From assembly GCA_030295235.1 (NCBI GenBank), contig AP026128.1, forward strand, positions 248,001 through 312,000: a stretch of DNA of 64,000 nucleotides, read 5' to 3'. Shown piece by piece: positions 38,301-50,300 of this stretch. How positions within the stretch are numbered: the stretch's first letter is position 1; each line of letters opens with the position of its first letter. This DNA is from Fistulifera solaris (lineage: Eukaryota). The position numbers and the translations under genes were made by a program. The notes under the pieces were generated by a model. That model was not told where the DNA came from, did no database searches, and saw only the letters and a program-made list of their open reading frames with translations.

Positions 38301-38448
38301 CATTTTCCAGGTTGCTGCCGTTCTGTTCTGATAGAGACACACTGTTTTGGACAAACGATATTTCCGTATTAGTTGCTGTCCCTAAGGACAGTATTAGACC
38401 AACTCCAAGAGTCGTCAAAAGCACTTTCAGGCGCTGATGGAGCGTCAT
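35398..38448 (-). CDS. Type I membrane cell-surface protein: Lys/Gly-rich region, two fasciclin (FAS1) domains, Pro/Thr repeats, C-terminal TM; introns 37341-37406, 36744-36818, 35903-35975; apparent frameshift 36185-36188
   Basis: GPFTLLAPSNSA..YHII..NGVVHKIDDVL and GPFTALIPTNDAF..FHIL..NGIIHILEDVL; signal peptide; hydrophobic stretch followed by RKRRR. Confidence 0.82.
36410..36600 (-). repeat. Coding minisatellite, 48-51 bp unit (TPAPTTGGTAAPTQxxx), about 3.5 copies
   Basis: gtcgtcggcgcggg recurs at about 36422, 36470 and 36521. Confidence 0.9.
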
Positions 38449-39048
38449 CGTGTTTTTTTACAAATACAAATGGCGCAAAATGAAATGGGCTTTCGAAGGT
38501 TTTCTTGGTCGGAACAAAATTTCATCCGTGTTGGATGCAAAATGTGACCAGAAAATTGTTTCACAAGAGCTGCGAGTCCTGAGAAGCCCGCAGAATTTTC
38601 TGTTCAACGCATAGAGCGCATCGCGCATAGGTCTAATAGCAAAAGTAACAGTACTATGTATTCAACGTAAAAATGACTTACCGTTATGCCTTTGAGTGCA
38701 ACGTTTAGCGGTACTATAACCTAAAAAGTAGACGGACTTGAGATTACTGATTGCTGATTGCGGATTAGAGATTGGAGAGTGGTATAGCCGCACCGGTACC
38801 TGGTAAGCCATTTTTATCCTGTAACCTTAAACCTTACCCTTATGCGTGGCTTGTTACCTTTTCTTTCTCATGGACTACCAGCTATCGTCTGATCAGGAAT
38901 CTATTCGCATGATTTACAGGTAACTAAAGAGGTCCTTCAAGAGAAGCTCGAGATGATGAATGATTGTGTATCGTGTGTTGCTATCAAGAATTATGTATTT
39001 ATTTCACCATTACCGAGACTTGACGAGTACTTCAGTTTGTGGTCTGCA

Positions 39049-39807
39049 TTAAACAGCATCAATAGTGAATTCGCAAGTTGATTGAGAGAATGCATCGAAA
39101 CCGAGGGCCGTTCCGACACCGAAGGCAATACCAATCGCTGAATCATCTTCCCTGATAAAGAAGTACGGAATCTCGAGAACTGTAGGAATAATATCAGCAA
39201 CTTCGATCATTTCCCATGTGCCAGTAACGTCCTCGGTAAAGAAGGCGCCAAAGATAGCAGTGGCAGCCACTTCAATACCAAAACCCAAGCCCTGGCATCG
39301 TCCTTGAATCAGACCACTTGGCGAAAGGGCTACCAGGAACTGGGCTTGCGCGCCGACTTGAATTTCGAAGGCTCCCCCGATGAATGGCAGGGTAGTGTCT
39401 GCCTGCATGGTGTCCACCATACCTGGGCATCGAGAGAGCTCGGCCTCGATCGTCTTCATTATGCCAGTCACCTGTCTGGCTACTTTGCTGTCGACTTTGT
39501 CTGTTGAATTGAAGACCTGAGTCGAAATGTCGTTGATCATGTTATCGGTATTCAATTTGTTCAAGGCTGGCTCTACTTTCTTGAGAGCGTTAGCGATACA
39601 ATCGGCAGGCAAGCACTTGTTGAGCCCATCAACACATTCAATGTCATCTTGGCATCCACGGAATCTTCCACAGCGCCCTCCAAGAGGAGAACTTGGGAAG
39701 AGGTTACCGAGTAAGTCAAAACGCTCTCCTTGCTCGCGTGCAGCGGCCAGCGAATGGGCGCTTGTCAAGAGAAAGAATGAATAAACGAAGAGATTCATTG
39801 TATGCAA
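39049..39807 (-). CDS. Hypothetical secreted protein with Cys-rich N-terminal part
   Basis: 252-aa ORF with signal-peptide-like start; no family recognised. Confidence 0.65.
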   Translation of the reverse strand: MHTMNLFVYSFFLLTSAHSLAAAREQGERFDLLGNLFPSSPLGGRCGRFRGCQDDIECVDGLNKCLPADCIANALKKVEPALNKLNTDNMINDISTQVFNSTDKVDSKVARQVTGIMKTIEAELSRCPGMVDTMQADTTLPFIGGAFEIQVGAQAQFLVALSPSGLIQGRCQGLGFGIEVAATAIFGAFFTEDVTGTWEMIEVADIIPTVLEIPYFFIREDDSAIGIAFGVGTALGFDAFSQSTCEFTIDAV

Positions 39808-40486
39808 TTAGATACCGTGAATAGAGTTTGATACTCCTGGCTTTCTGATGGAGTGAAGATAATGAGACGATAACTTTGTTCCATGATTGGCATGAAGATC
39901 GAAAAAATGAAGTGGTGACACATGCAATCACCGGTTGAACGGATCGTTGACGTTTTAGATAAGACAATCATTCGTTAAATACGGCTGTTGAACGGATGGG
40001 AGATCTAACTATTGTACATTGAATGCTCCGAAACTGTGTCTAATTGGATTCTATAGCTTCTTATTACTATGCGAACCGAGTACCGGTACCGGTAATGTGT
40101 GCGCCAACTGCATCGCAGCTATCCAAACCCAAACCCACTTGGGTTTAGGAAGGCGATCTCAATAGATCCTAGCCCCAGTACTTGTATTGCCTTGATAATG
40201 TGCGTTAGCTTCTCAGCAATACACATGCAAATGACGACGCCTATTCAGTTCCAGTAGTTGATGAAAGTCCATTTCATCTGAGTGGTTTTACTCCTGAGTA
40301 TAACCTAGTTGTTGACGGCAACACTTTGCACTTCAAGGGGACGACGATGAAGCATCAGGTACCTCTTTATCAAGTACAATCGACCGAAACGAATCCCGTA
40401 GTTACTATGACGTAAAAGCGTATTATATTGCTCATATGCAGTTCGCCTGTTGAAAATCATGCAAAGCTATTACGAAGTCTCATTAA

Positions 40487-41812
40487 CTAGTTCGTCGGAT
40501 ACAGATTCTGATTGCGGATCACTTCGTACAACTCTTGACGTCCCGAGATGAGTTTGGGTTCACCCTTCTTCTTGGCGTATTCGGCACATTCTTCGAGCGT
40601 AGCTTCACCTCGTTCAATTCTTTGTCCCATATCCTCCGACCACGTCAAATAACGCTGTTGCAGCATTTGCCGCAACACGCCTTGTTCGTGCAGAGCGGCC
40701 GCCTTGCGCAATCCCAACGCGTAGCAATCCATACTACCAATGTGCGCATAGAACAAATCGATCGGATCCACCGATTCGCGTCGAACCTTGGCATCAAAAT
40801 TGAGACCACCACTCAATCCGCCTTGTTGAATGACCACGCCCATAATGGCCGCCGTCTCCTGTACATTCATGGGAAACAAATCCACATCCCATCCCAGAAT
40901 CGGATCCCCCGTATTGCAATCGATACTCCCGAGCATATTGTAGGCACTCGCTATGGCAATGTCGTGTTCGGACGAATGACCCGCCAAGGTGGTATGATTC
41001 GGCTCAATATTGAGTTGAAAGTGTTCCGATAACCCGTATTCGTGCAAGAATGCCATGGCCGTTTGCGCATCATAATCATACTGGTGTTTCGTCGGTTCCC
41101 GAGGTTTCGGTTCCAACAAGAATTTCGCCGTATAACCTTTCTTTTGCTTGTACGCCACCGCCATGCGATACATGGCGGCCATGTGATCGCATTCCTTCTT
41201 GAGATCCGTATTCAACAACGTTTGGTATCCTTCTCGTCCACCCCAAAACACGTGATGCGATCCCTGCAATTTGTGAACCAAATCCATCATGGTTTGAATT
41301 TGTGCCGCCGCGGTACAAAAGACGTGCACATCGGGATTCGTCATGGCACCGTTCATGTACCGCGGATTTGTAAACAAATTTTGGGTGCCCCACAGTAGTT
41401 TGACGCCAGTTTGTTGCTGTTTTTCCAACAAGTAGTCTCCGATAATGGCGAGATTGTGTTGAAATTCTTCCAAGGAATTCCCCGTCGGAGCTACGTCAAT
41501 ATCGTGAAAGGTATAATATTCGACACCGAGTTTGGTCAAGAATTCAAACAAGACATCAATGCGTCGTTTTGCCAAGGCCAGAGGATCCTCCCGTACATCA
41601 TCTTCCCACGGTCTTTGCAGGGTTTTGTCACCAAATGGATCGGATCCTCCACCGCCTGTCAAAGTATGCCAGAAACACACACTGAATTTGAGCCATTCTT
41701 TCATGGGTTTTCCCAAAATGATTTCGTTCGCATTGTAATGACGAAACGATAAGGGATCTTGGGACGTCGGGCCTTTGTATTCTATTTTGGGGGCGTCAAA
41801 GAACTCCGTCAT
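40487..41812 (-). CDS. xylA: Xylose isomerase, class II
   Basis: FSVCFWHT, FHDIDVAP, FWGGREGY, LEPKPREPTKHQYD, NIEPNHTTLAGH, GGLNFDAK; single exon. Confidence 0.96.
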   Translation of the reverse strand: MTEFFDAPKIEYKGPTSQDPLSFRHYNANEIILGKPMKEWLKFSVCFWHTLTGGGGSDPFGDKTLQRPWEDDVREDPLALAKRRIDVLFEFLTKLGVEYYTFHDIDVAPTGNSLEEFQHNLAIIGDYLLEKQQQTGVKLLWGTQNLFTNPRYMNGAMTNPDVHVFCTAAAQIQTMMDLVHKLQGSHHVFWGGREGYQTLLNTDLKKECDHMAAMYRMAVAYKQKKGYTAKFLLEPKPREPTKHQYDYDAQTAMAFLHEYGLSEHFQLNIEPNHTTLAGHSSEHDIAIASAYNMLGSIDCNTGDPILGWDVDLFPMNVQETAAIMGVVIQQGGLSGGLNFDAKVRRESVDPIDLFYAHIGSMDCYALGLRKAAALHEQGVLRQMLQQRYLTWSEDMGQRIERGEATLEECAEYAKKKGEPKLISGRQELYEVIRNQNLYPTN

Positions 41813-42118
41813 GTTGCCGTGTGTTTGTTGTTGTTATGTCTTGTTTGCAATACGTTTGTTATTCTCTTTGGCTTTCTAAGAACCGTGCGAACGATCGTTT
41901 ATTCTTCCCATTCTCGCGTCCTCTTTTTTTTTTGCGCGCAAAAAGGTCACGTTCGTCACACTCTCGTTCAATACGTGTTACTGATGTCGTAACGGTGTAA
42001 AGGACGTTTCGGACCTAGTGCGTAGAGATTGGATGGAGGATAGACAAAAGACGCATCATCCACCAAACGCAGCGAGGAAGGATGAGTCAATGATTCCATA
42101 CAAGGATCTTAGAAGAGG

Positions 42119-42828
42119 ATGTCTCGAATTGATTATTCGAAATGGGATCATTTAGAGGATAGTGACGATGACAATAGTGATGATTCGTCGCCCGAAACTC
42201 GTCCGCGTGTGACGAAATTGGAACAACCGAGTCGGATCACGACACAAGCCGATGGAACCCTTCTCGTGGAGCCGTCCAGCCCTGCCACAAAACAACCACC
42301 CGTCCAGAATAAACAACCCGCAAAGATGAAATACCTTCGGAATGGACCGAAAAAGGTGATCATGTCATTTTGGAAAACAATATCGAATTGTGGTGGTCGC
42401 AAGATCGTTACTCGGTGACAATACGCATGCGACTGGAGGTAAAGGTCCAATCGGTACAAGTTGAACCCATTCTTTCGTACCAGGATCGCCATTGTGCGAC
42501 GGGAACACAAACATTGGTTCTCAAAATTCTTACATCCGATGGCGCTTTGTGGTTCGAAGACTCCTTACCGCATCCCGTGCATTTGGCCGAAGACGATGAT
42601 ACGGTCGATTGGACGATTGTGACTTACCAACAGCACAAATATTTGACCATCATTTTATACAAAGCCACACCCATGGCCAATATGTTTGTTTGGTGGAAGC
42701 GTCCGTTCTTGCAGTGTCCGGAACGCAGTATCGACAACAACGACAAGAGTCGTCGGGCGTTTCATCAAGCCTGGGCCGAAGCGCATCAGCAATTTGCCGA
42801 AACCATTCGTCCTCGACACACCATTTGA
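42119..42828 (+). CDS. Probable co-chaperone: IDYSKWD N-terminal motif plus CS/p23-like domain; apparent frameshift ~42322
   Basis: MSRIDYSKWDHLEDSDD; WWSQDRYSVTI, LPHPV..DDTVDW, LYKA..WW; adding one A joins the two ORFs. Confidence 0.72.
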
Positions 42829-43220
42829 AACGCGTGGTTCAAAAATTCGAACATTTTGAGGTGCGTATTGTTTTTGCGCTTTTCTTCTTGTCAACATCTG
42901 CCAGGACGACATTTTTCTTCTTTAGATAGTAACGAATTAGGGACATCTGAATGCATTGTGAGCGAATTGAGGAAAACAGACGGAGCAGATACAGGTTTCG
43001 TGTGTGTTTTGTGTACGGAATGTATTCTGCTGGACTCACTCCTTCAATCGTTTTCTATTCAGAACGTTTCGTGTAAAAAGTAGCTTCAATATATTGATTC
43101 ATTTAGTTTTACTTCGCCACATAATGCAACTACTTGAAAACGTTTTTTGACGCAAATTTCGAACATAACCCTCTCTTCATGATCAAACGATAGCTTTACT
43201 TTAAAACTAGGTTTCCCACA

Positions 43221-43566
43221 TCAATGCACGGTTGCGGCGGCCGCCGCCGATCCTTCCGGAGTTTCATTCGGAACCAGGACGGCAATTTGATTTCCATTCA
43301 ATAATATTTCCGTATGCAACGGTGTCGCGGTGCTAACGCCCTGGGCGTCCATGGAATATTCAATCGCATCCTCCAACACTAAATTGACCTTTTTCCGGCG
43401 TGAGCGCAAGTAATAATAAATCAATCTTTTGGAAGAAGGCACTTACATAATCATCAAAGCCGCGCAAAATTCCGACCACCTCTTTCTGTCCTCGTAATAA
43501 GATCCAAATCTTGGATCCTATGGCTTGATCGATCACTTCTAAAGGTAACAAGCGTTTGGAAGACAT
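43221..43566 (-). CDS. LSM5: U6 snRNA-associated Sm-like protein LSm5; intron 43389-43446
   Basis: LPLEVIDQAIGSKIWILLRGQKEVVGILRGFDDY|VNLVLEDAIEY...ILLNGNQIAVLVP. Confidence 0.93.
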
Positions 43567-43968
43567 GATTTTATAGGGAGAGAGTAGAAACAACGAATGC
43601 CTTTTGACAACAATTTGAATGCAACCAGCAACACAACAACATCGGCCTTCCTCGTACTGTTGTTGTTTTTCGCGAGAGCCTCGATCGCGATGAGCAGCTA
43701 GCAATCGCTGTACGACATCCGGGACGAGCGACGAAAGCCTCGCGCTCGCAACCCCATACTTGTAGCTTGTAGCCCAAAGCTGGAGAGAGATCAAATACAC
43801 CTTACGATTTACGATGTATTTCAAGGAACAAAGAAAGCAGTAACCTTTGAAATTGAAACGAGACGCATTTCCTATCGACTCAAAAGAAAGTCAAGATAGT
43901 TTTTCATTGCATAAGGCTCAACTATCGGTAACGCAAAGGGGTTTTGTGCTCCTACTCTAGCTAGAATA

Positions 43969-45515
43969 TTAGTCCTCGAAATCGCGGGTACTCAACACGA
44001 CCGTACTGTGCTGACCACCGCCCCCAAAATCGAGAATCTTTTTCGAAGAGCGCAAATTCAATTTCGTAGGACGCAACAAATCTCCACCCTTTTCTCCATT
44101 CGCCGCACGGTGATGTCCCGTGGCACCCATAGTATTGAATCCCCACGTGTAGAGCGTATTGTTCGCATCGAGGGCCATGCCGTGCGATCCGCCCGCGGCC
44201 ACCTTTAGGAGCAAGACCGGTTCTGGGAACGCGACGGGTTGCCATCCAAATTGGGGCGATTTCGAATGACCCAAACCAAGTTGTGCGTACGAATTCTGTC
44301 CACAGGCATACATGAGATGACCGTCCTCGTCGACAATGTACGAATGATATGGACCCGCCGCCACGAGTCCCACATGCTCCCGCACGAGCGTCAATTCGTG
44401 CACTGACTCAATTTCTTCAGGCAATCCCAATTGTCCCGACGAATTCTGACCACTGCTGTACAATGTCGGAATCCCTCCTCCGCGATTGCGTGCCAGCACC
44501 AACAAATGATTGGAACCACACGCGAGCGAAAGCACCTCTTTGCGGGGAAATGGCACCGGTCCCGCAAAACGCGCCGGGGCCGGTGTCAAAAAGTGTTGCA
44601 AAACTTGTGCTTCCGTCATGCCCTGGAGCGCCTCGGTCAGGTTGAAATCACCATTCGGTTCGGGGGCCGCTATATCTCGACTTCGTGCGAGTTCACCTTT
44701 TTCTCCGAAACCTATTGTGTCGCCTTTGTGAGTCCTGCAGTAAAAATCAATCATGAAAACAAGCATGTTACGTACCAAACGTCACCACACTACCATCTTC
44801 CAAGACCGCCGCGGCGAAATTAGAAGCATTCCCCGTTTCGATACGCACTACTTTTTGATTTCCGGGCATTTGAATGGGTACCGGTGTCGCATTACTGCCC
44901 CGACACGATCGTCCTTCCGCCGGATAATGATACTTCTCATCGATCGAAGATCGGATCATGCCGCACATCAAGACCTGGCCCTGTGTGTTGAGAAACAATG
45001 TCTGCGAATCTCCCGTCTTGACTTGGAGTATGTTGCGTAAGTTGGGGACGAGTTGAGGCATGATTTCATCATCGGATTTCACCGAATATCCCAAGGCACC
45101 TTCGTCGGCGACACCCCACACGTAGACATCTCCATCGACCGTCAATGCCGCTGTATGCAATCCTCCCAAACTGACCGATCGCACTCGATCGACGTTCGGT
45201 AAAACGGTCGGTGTGGTCGTTTCCACATATTCCGAGTTCTCATCCATCATGGGCAATCCCAACAAATTGTTGTCATTGTCGCCAAAGACGAGGATCGTCC
45301 CGTGTTCGGTCGCGTACAAGTCATTGCACCGGGTAATTTCTTGCTGTGTCTGTATCGTCAATTGTTCGATTTGATTCGGTGTTTGACAGGATTCCCAGAC
45401 GGATTGATTGAGACGAAACAAATCGTCTATTTCCAAGGCGCGCCATTGTTGCAGTTTTTTGAAAAAACTTTCCCGGCGGGGCTTCGATGGCGTCTTCTTC
45501 GCGAGCGCGTTTCAT
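43969..45515 (-). CDS. RCC1-repeat protein; intron 44712-44775; apparent frameshift 45455-45467
   Basis: Repeats such as VSLGGLHTAALTVDGDVYVWGVADEGALG, VAAGPYHS..CGQNSYAQLGLG, VAAGGSHGMAL..TWG. Confidence 0.87.
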
Positions 45516-46527
45516 TTTCCCGTAAATCAGTTACAAAACTAATTTATTGGATCCAAGCAATCAAGAGGGCTGAAAGGGCGCGCAAGGTCTTTGTATTATT
45601 GGCAGGGCAGAGATAAAGCGATGGCTTCCTTCAAAAAAAACTTTGTGGTGCGGCCCGCCGCCGCTTCTGTTCCTTGCTGTCGCGATCGTTCGAGTAAAAC
45701 TTTTGTCGTTCCATCACCACAATCTACTGTCTGAGTCGCGGACGGATGTCTGTAATGACTAAAATCACAGTCAGTCGTGGCGAAAGTCGTCTACAGTTGG
45801 AGTCTATAGTCAGTATAGGTTGGATCATAACATCCCCCAAATAGATATTGCGAAGTTGTATTTAATGCAAGCATTGCACTTGCTTTTGAATCCACTTGCT
45901 TAATGCAGAAAGCGAAATTTGCTGAACGAGCAAAGGTAGCATTGTGACAGAATCGATTCCGGACGGAAGTTCTGTCCGGAACGGACAACATTTTGGTCGA
46001 TAGTAGATTGTTTGGACGTGAACGATCGGCCCGTCGTAAGATCATCACAACATGTGCAGCTGTTGCATGGTGACAAATGTGCCTTATGAGTTTAGTCGCA
46101 TTATATCGCGAGCCGTTTCGCTCGGCTTCTTCTTATCCTGCATATTATTTTATCTTGAAAAGTAAATCATCGCGCCGATTGTCTTTTCTACATCCGAAAA
46201 GTTTTACTTTCGCTGTGACAAGGGGGTGTGGGGGTGGGATTTTTGAGAATCCATGGACTTATTTTGGACTTTACTTTGGTCGAATGTATGTTAAATGACT
46301 CGCCACAGGTCATTGATACAACTACTATAGGTTATTGTTGCAAAAATTTCAAAATATCAATGAAGTACTAAGATGTATGAAAAATCATTTGTTTTTGTCG
46401 AAAGAAAGCATGCAGTATCACTTATAAAGTGAGCTTATTTATTCCGTTGGAGTCAAATGGACGGCCGGCTTCTTGACCGTTTGTTCCTACAAAAAAGCCT
46501 TATTCCTCTAGCCAATTTTGGCGAATA

Positions 46528-47339
46528 AATATCCGTTGTTAAAGCGTGACTTGACCCACCAAAATTGTGACCCGTGGGCTAATATATTTGTTGCTGGTAA
46601 CACCTGTCTATGAACAAGTGGTGTTCATTGTTCAAGAATCAAGTCTTTCAGAACAAGCTTGTAGATAAATCTTGGAAATTCAATTAATGCTAGACTGTAG
46701 ACTGTCTGAGAACAAGTGGTCTTTTATGACAAGCTTGAATGTTCACTGTTCACTACGCACGGAGAATTTATTGGCTGTTAGTAGAGACTGTCTATGAACA
46801 AATAATGGTGTTCATTACTTCAGAAAAAATTCTTAGCGTCTGTTCTGCGAACAATGAATGTTCACTACAAACAATACAACCATTCCAGAATTTCTGGAAC
46901 GGGCACAGAATTTATGTATGATCCAAACAACTGAATATCCGTTGTTAAAGTGTGACTTGACCCACCAAAATTGTGACCCGTGGGCTAATATATTTGTTGC
47001 TGGTAACACCTGTCTATGAACTAGTGGTGTTCATTGTTCAAGAATCAAGTCTTTCAGAACAAGCTTGTAGATAAATCTTGGAAATTCAATTAATGCTAGA
47101 CTGTAGACTGTCTGAGAACAAGTGGTCTTTTATGACAAGCTTGAATGTTCACTGTTCACTACGCACGGAGAATTTATTGGCTGTTAGTAGAGACTGTCTA
47201 TGAACAAATAATGGTGTTCATTACTTCAGAATAAATTCTTAGCGTCTGTTCTGCGAACAATGAATGTTCACTACAAACAATACAACCATTCCAGAATTTC
47301 TGGAACGGGCACAGAATTTATGTATGATCCAAACAACTG
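46528..47339. repeat. Near-identical head-to-tail duplication, 406-bp unit x2, covering the left border of the satellite
   Basis: aatatccgttgttaaag starts at 46528 and 46934; both copies end in atccaaacaactg and differ at only a few positions. Confidence 0.95.
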
Positions 47340-50300
47340 ATTCCAGATATCTGGAACGACTACAGAATCTCTGTTTGACCCAAAACACCCATTTCAGAAT
47401 TTTCGGAACAACCACAGAGTCTCTATTCGACCCAAATAACCATTTCCAGAATTTCTGGAACTACCACCGAATCTCTGTTTGCGCCAAAATATAGATTCCA
47501 GAATTTCTGGAACGTGCACAGAATCTAGTCTATGTTTGATACAAATCAGCGATTCCAGAATATCTGGAACGGCCAAAGAATCTCTGTATGTCGCAAAACA
47601 ACGATTCCACAATATCTGGAACCCAATACAACCATTCCAGAATTTCTGGAACGAGCACAGAATCTATATACAATCCAAAAAAGTGATTCCAGATATTTGG
47701 AACGACTACAGAATCTCTGTTTGACCCAAATTGCCGATTCCAGAATTTCTGGGACGACCACAAAACCTCTGTTTGTCCCAAAATACAGATTCCAGAAATT
47801 CTAGAACGATGACAGAATCTCTGTTTGACCCAATACAACAGTTCCCGAATATCTGGAACGGGCACAGAATCTCTGTTTGACCCAAAACAATTATTCCTGA
47901 ATTTCTGGAACGACCACAGAATCGCTGTTCGACTCAAGCTTCAATCCCAGAATTTCTTGAACGACCACTGAATCTCTGTTTGTTCCAAAAACTTTCCGGA
48001 ATTTCTGGAACGGGCATAGAATCTCTGCTCGACCCAAAACACCCATTCCAGAACTTCTGGAACAACCACCGCATCTCTGTTTGTCCCAAAATATAGATTC
48101 TATTATTTCTAAAACGACTACAGAATCTCTGTTTGACCCAATACAACAATTCCCGAATTTCTGGAACGGGCAGAATGTCTGTTAGATCTAAAACACACTT
48201 TCCAGAATTTCTGGAAAGACAAAAGTATTCTGTTTTGTCCAAATCACCGAATCCAGAATTTTTAGAACGACCACAGAATCTCTATTTGACCCAAATTATA
48301 AAATTCCGGAATTTCTGGAAACACCACAGAGTGTCTATGCGACCAAAAAATTATCCATTCCGGAATTTCTGGAACGACCACCGAATCTCGGTTTGTGCCA
48401 AAAGATATTCCAAATTTTCTGAAACGGACACAGACTTTCCTATGATCCAATACAACCATTCCAGAATATCTGTAACGGGCGCAGAATCTATGTTTAATCC
48501 AAAAAACTGATTCCAGAATATTTGGAACGACTACAGAATCTCTGTTTCATCCATATCACCGATTCCAGAATTTCGGGAACGACCACAGAGTATCTATGTT
48601 TGTTCCAAATTAGTTTCTGGAACGGGCACAGGATCTATGTACGATCCGAACGACGATTCCAGAATATCTGGAACGACTACAGAATCTTTCTGTTTGATAC
48701 AAATCACCGATTCCAGAATTTCTGGAACTACCACAGAATCTATGTTTGACCCAAAACAACTAGTGCAGAAATTCTGGAACGAGCACAGTTCCAGATTTTC
48801 TGGAACGACCACAGATTCCAGAATTTTTGAAACGACCACAGACTTTCGTATGACCCAATACAACCATTCCAGAATTTCTGGAACGGGCACAGAATCTATG
48901 TACGATCCAAAAAACTGATTGCGGATATCTGGAACGACTACAGAATCTCTGTTTGACCCAAATTACCGATTCCAGAATTTCTGGGACGACCACAAAACCT
49001 CTGTTTGTCCCAAAATACAGATTTCAGAAATTCTAGAACGACGACAGAAACTCTGTTTGACCCAATACAATAGTTCCCGAATATCTGGACCGGGCACAGA
49101 ATCTCTATTTGACCCGAAACAATTATTCCTGAATTTCTGGAACGACCACAGAATCGCTGTTTGACTCGAAGCTTCAATCCCAGAATTTCTTGAACGACCA
49201 CTGAATCTCTGTTTGTTCCAAAACACACTTTCCGGAATTTCTGGAACGGGCATAGAATCTCTGCTCGACCTAAAAACACCCATTCCAGAACTTCTGGAAC
49301 AACCACCGCATCTCTATTTGGTCAAAAATATACCTGGTAGGACATTTTTGGGTACTGATTTATTTTTATCAAAATTCAATGCAATGCTAACAAATTTAGG
49401 CTTGTTAAAAAGCTTAAAATGAGTAATTTCTATCTATATACTTATATTATTTTGAAATTGATTTTCAAAAGGCGAAAATCGAGTACCAAAAATGTCCTAC
49501 CTCTTTTTTTTCTGAGTAGATTCTATTATTTCTGAAACGACCAAGGAATCTCTGTTTCACTCAAATTACCGATTCCAGAACTTCTGGAACGACTACAGAA
49601 TTTCTTTTGGACCCAATACAACATTTCCCGAATTTCTGGAACGAGAGAATTGTCTGTTTGATCCAAAACACACTTTCCAGAATTTCTGGAACGACCAAAG
49701 AATTTCTGTTTGTTCCAAATCACCGATCCCAGAATTTCTGGAACGACCACTGAACCTCTGTTTGTTCCAAAAGACACTTTCCAGAATTTCTGGGACGACC
49801 AAAAAAATTCTGTTTGATCCAAGTTACCGATTCCAGAATCCCGGAACAACCACAAACTTTTGTACGACGGAATACAACAATTCCTGATTTCTGGAACAGT
49901 CACAGAATCTCTGTTTGCCCCCAAAACAACATTCCTGAAATTCTGGAACGACCAATGAATCTCTGTTTGTTCCAAAACACACTTACCAGAATTTCTGGGA
50001 CGACCAAACAAATTATGTTTGATACAAGTTACCAATTCCAGAATTTCTGGAACGACCACAGAATCAATGTTTAACCCATTTACCGATTCCACAATTTCTG
50101 GAACGACCACAGCTCTGTTTGATCCAAATTAATTACCGATTCTAGAATTTCTGGAACGACCACCGAATCTCTGATCGTCCCAAAACACAATTTCCAGACT
50201 GTCTGGAACGACCAAAGAAATTCTGTTTGAGCCAAATCACCGATTCCCGAACTTCCGGAACGGGCACAGAATCTATGTTTGACCAAAAACAACGATCCTG

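Noticed and set aside
38822..38842. Telomere-like TAACCTTAAACCTTACCCT, also CCTTAACCTTAAC near 51812
   Set aside because: Only 2-3 imperfect units in internal positions; not enough to call telomeric repeats
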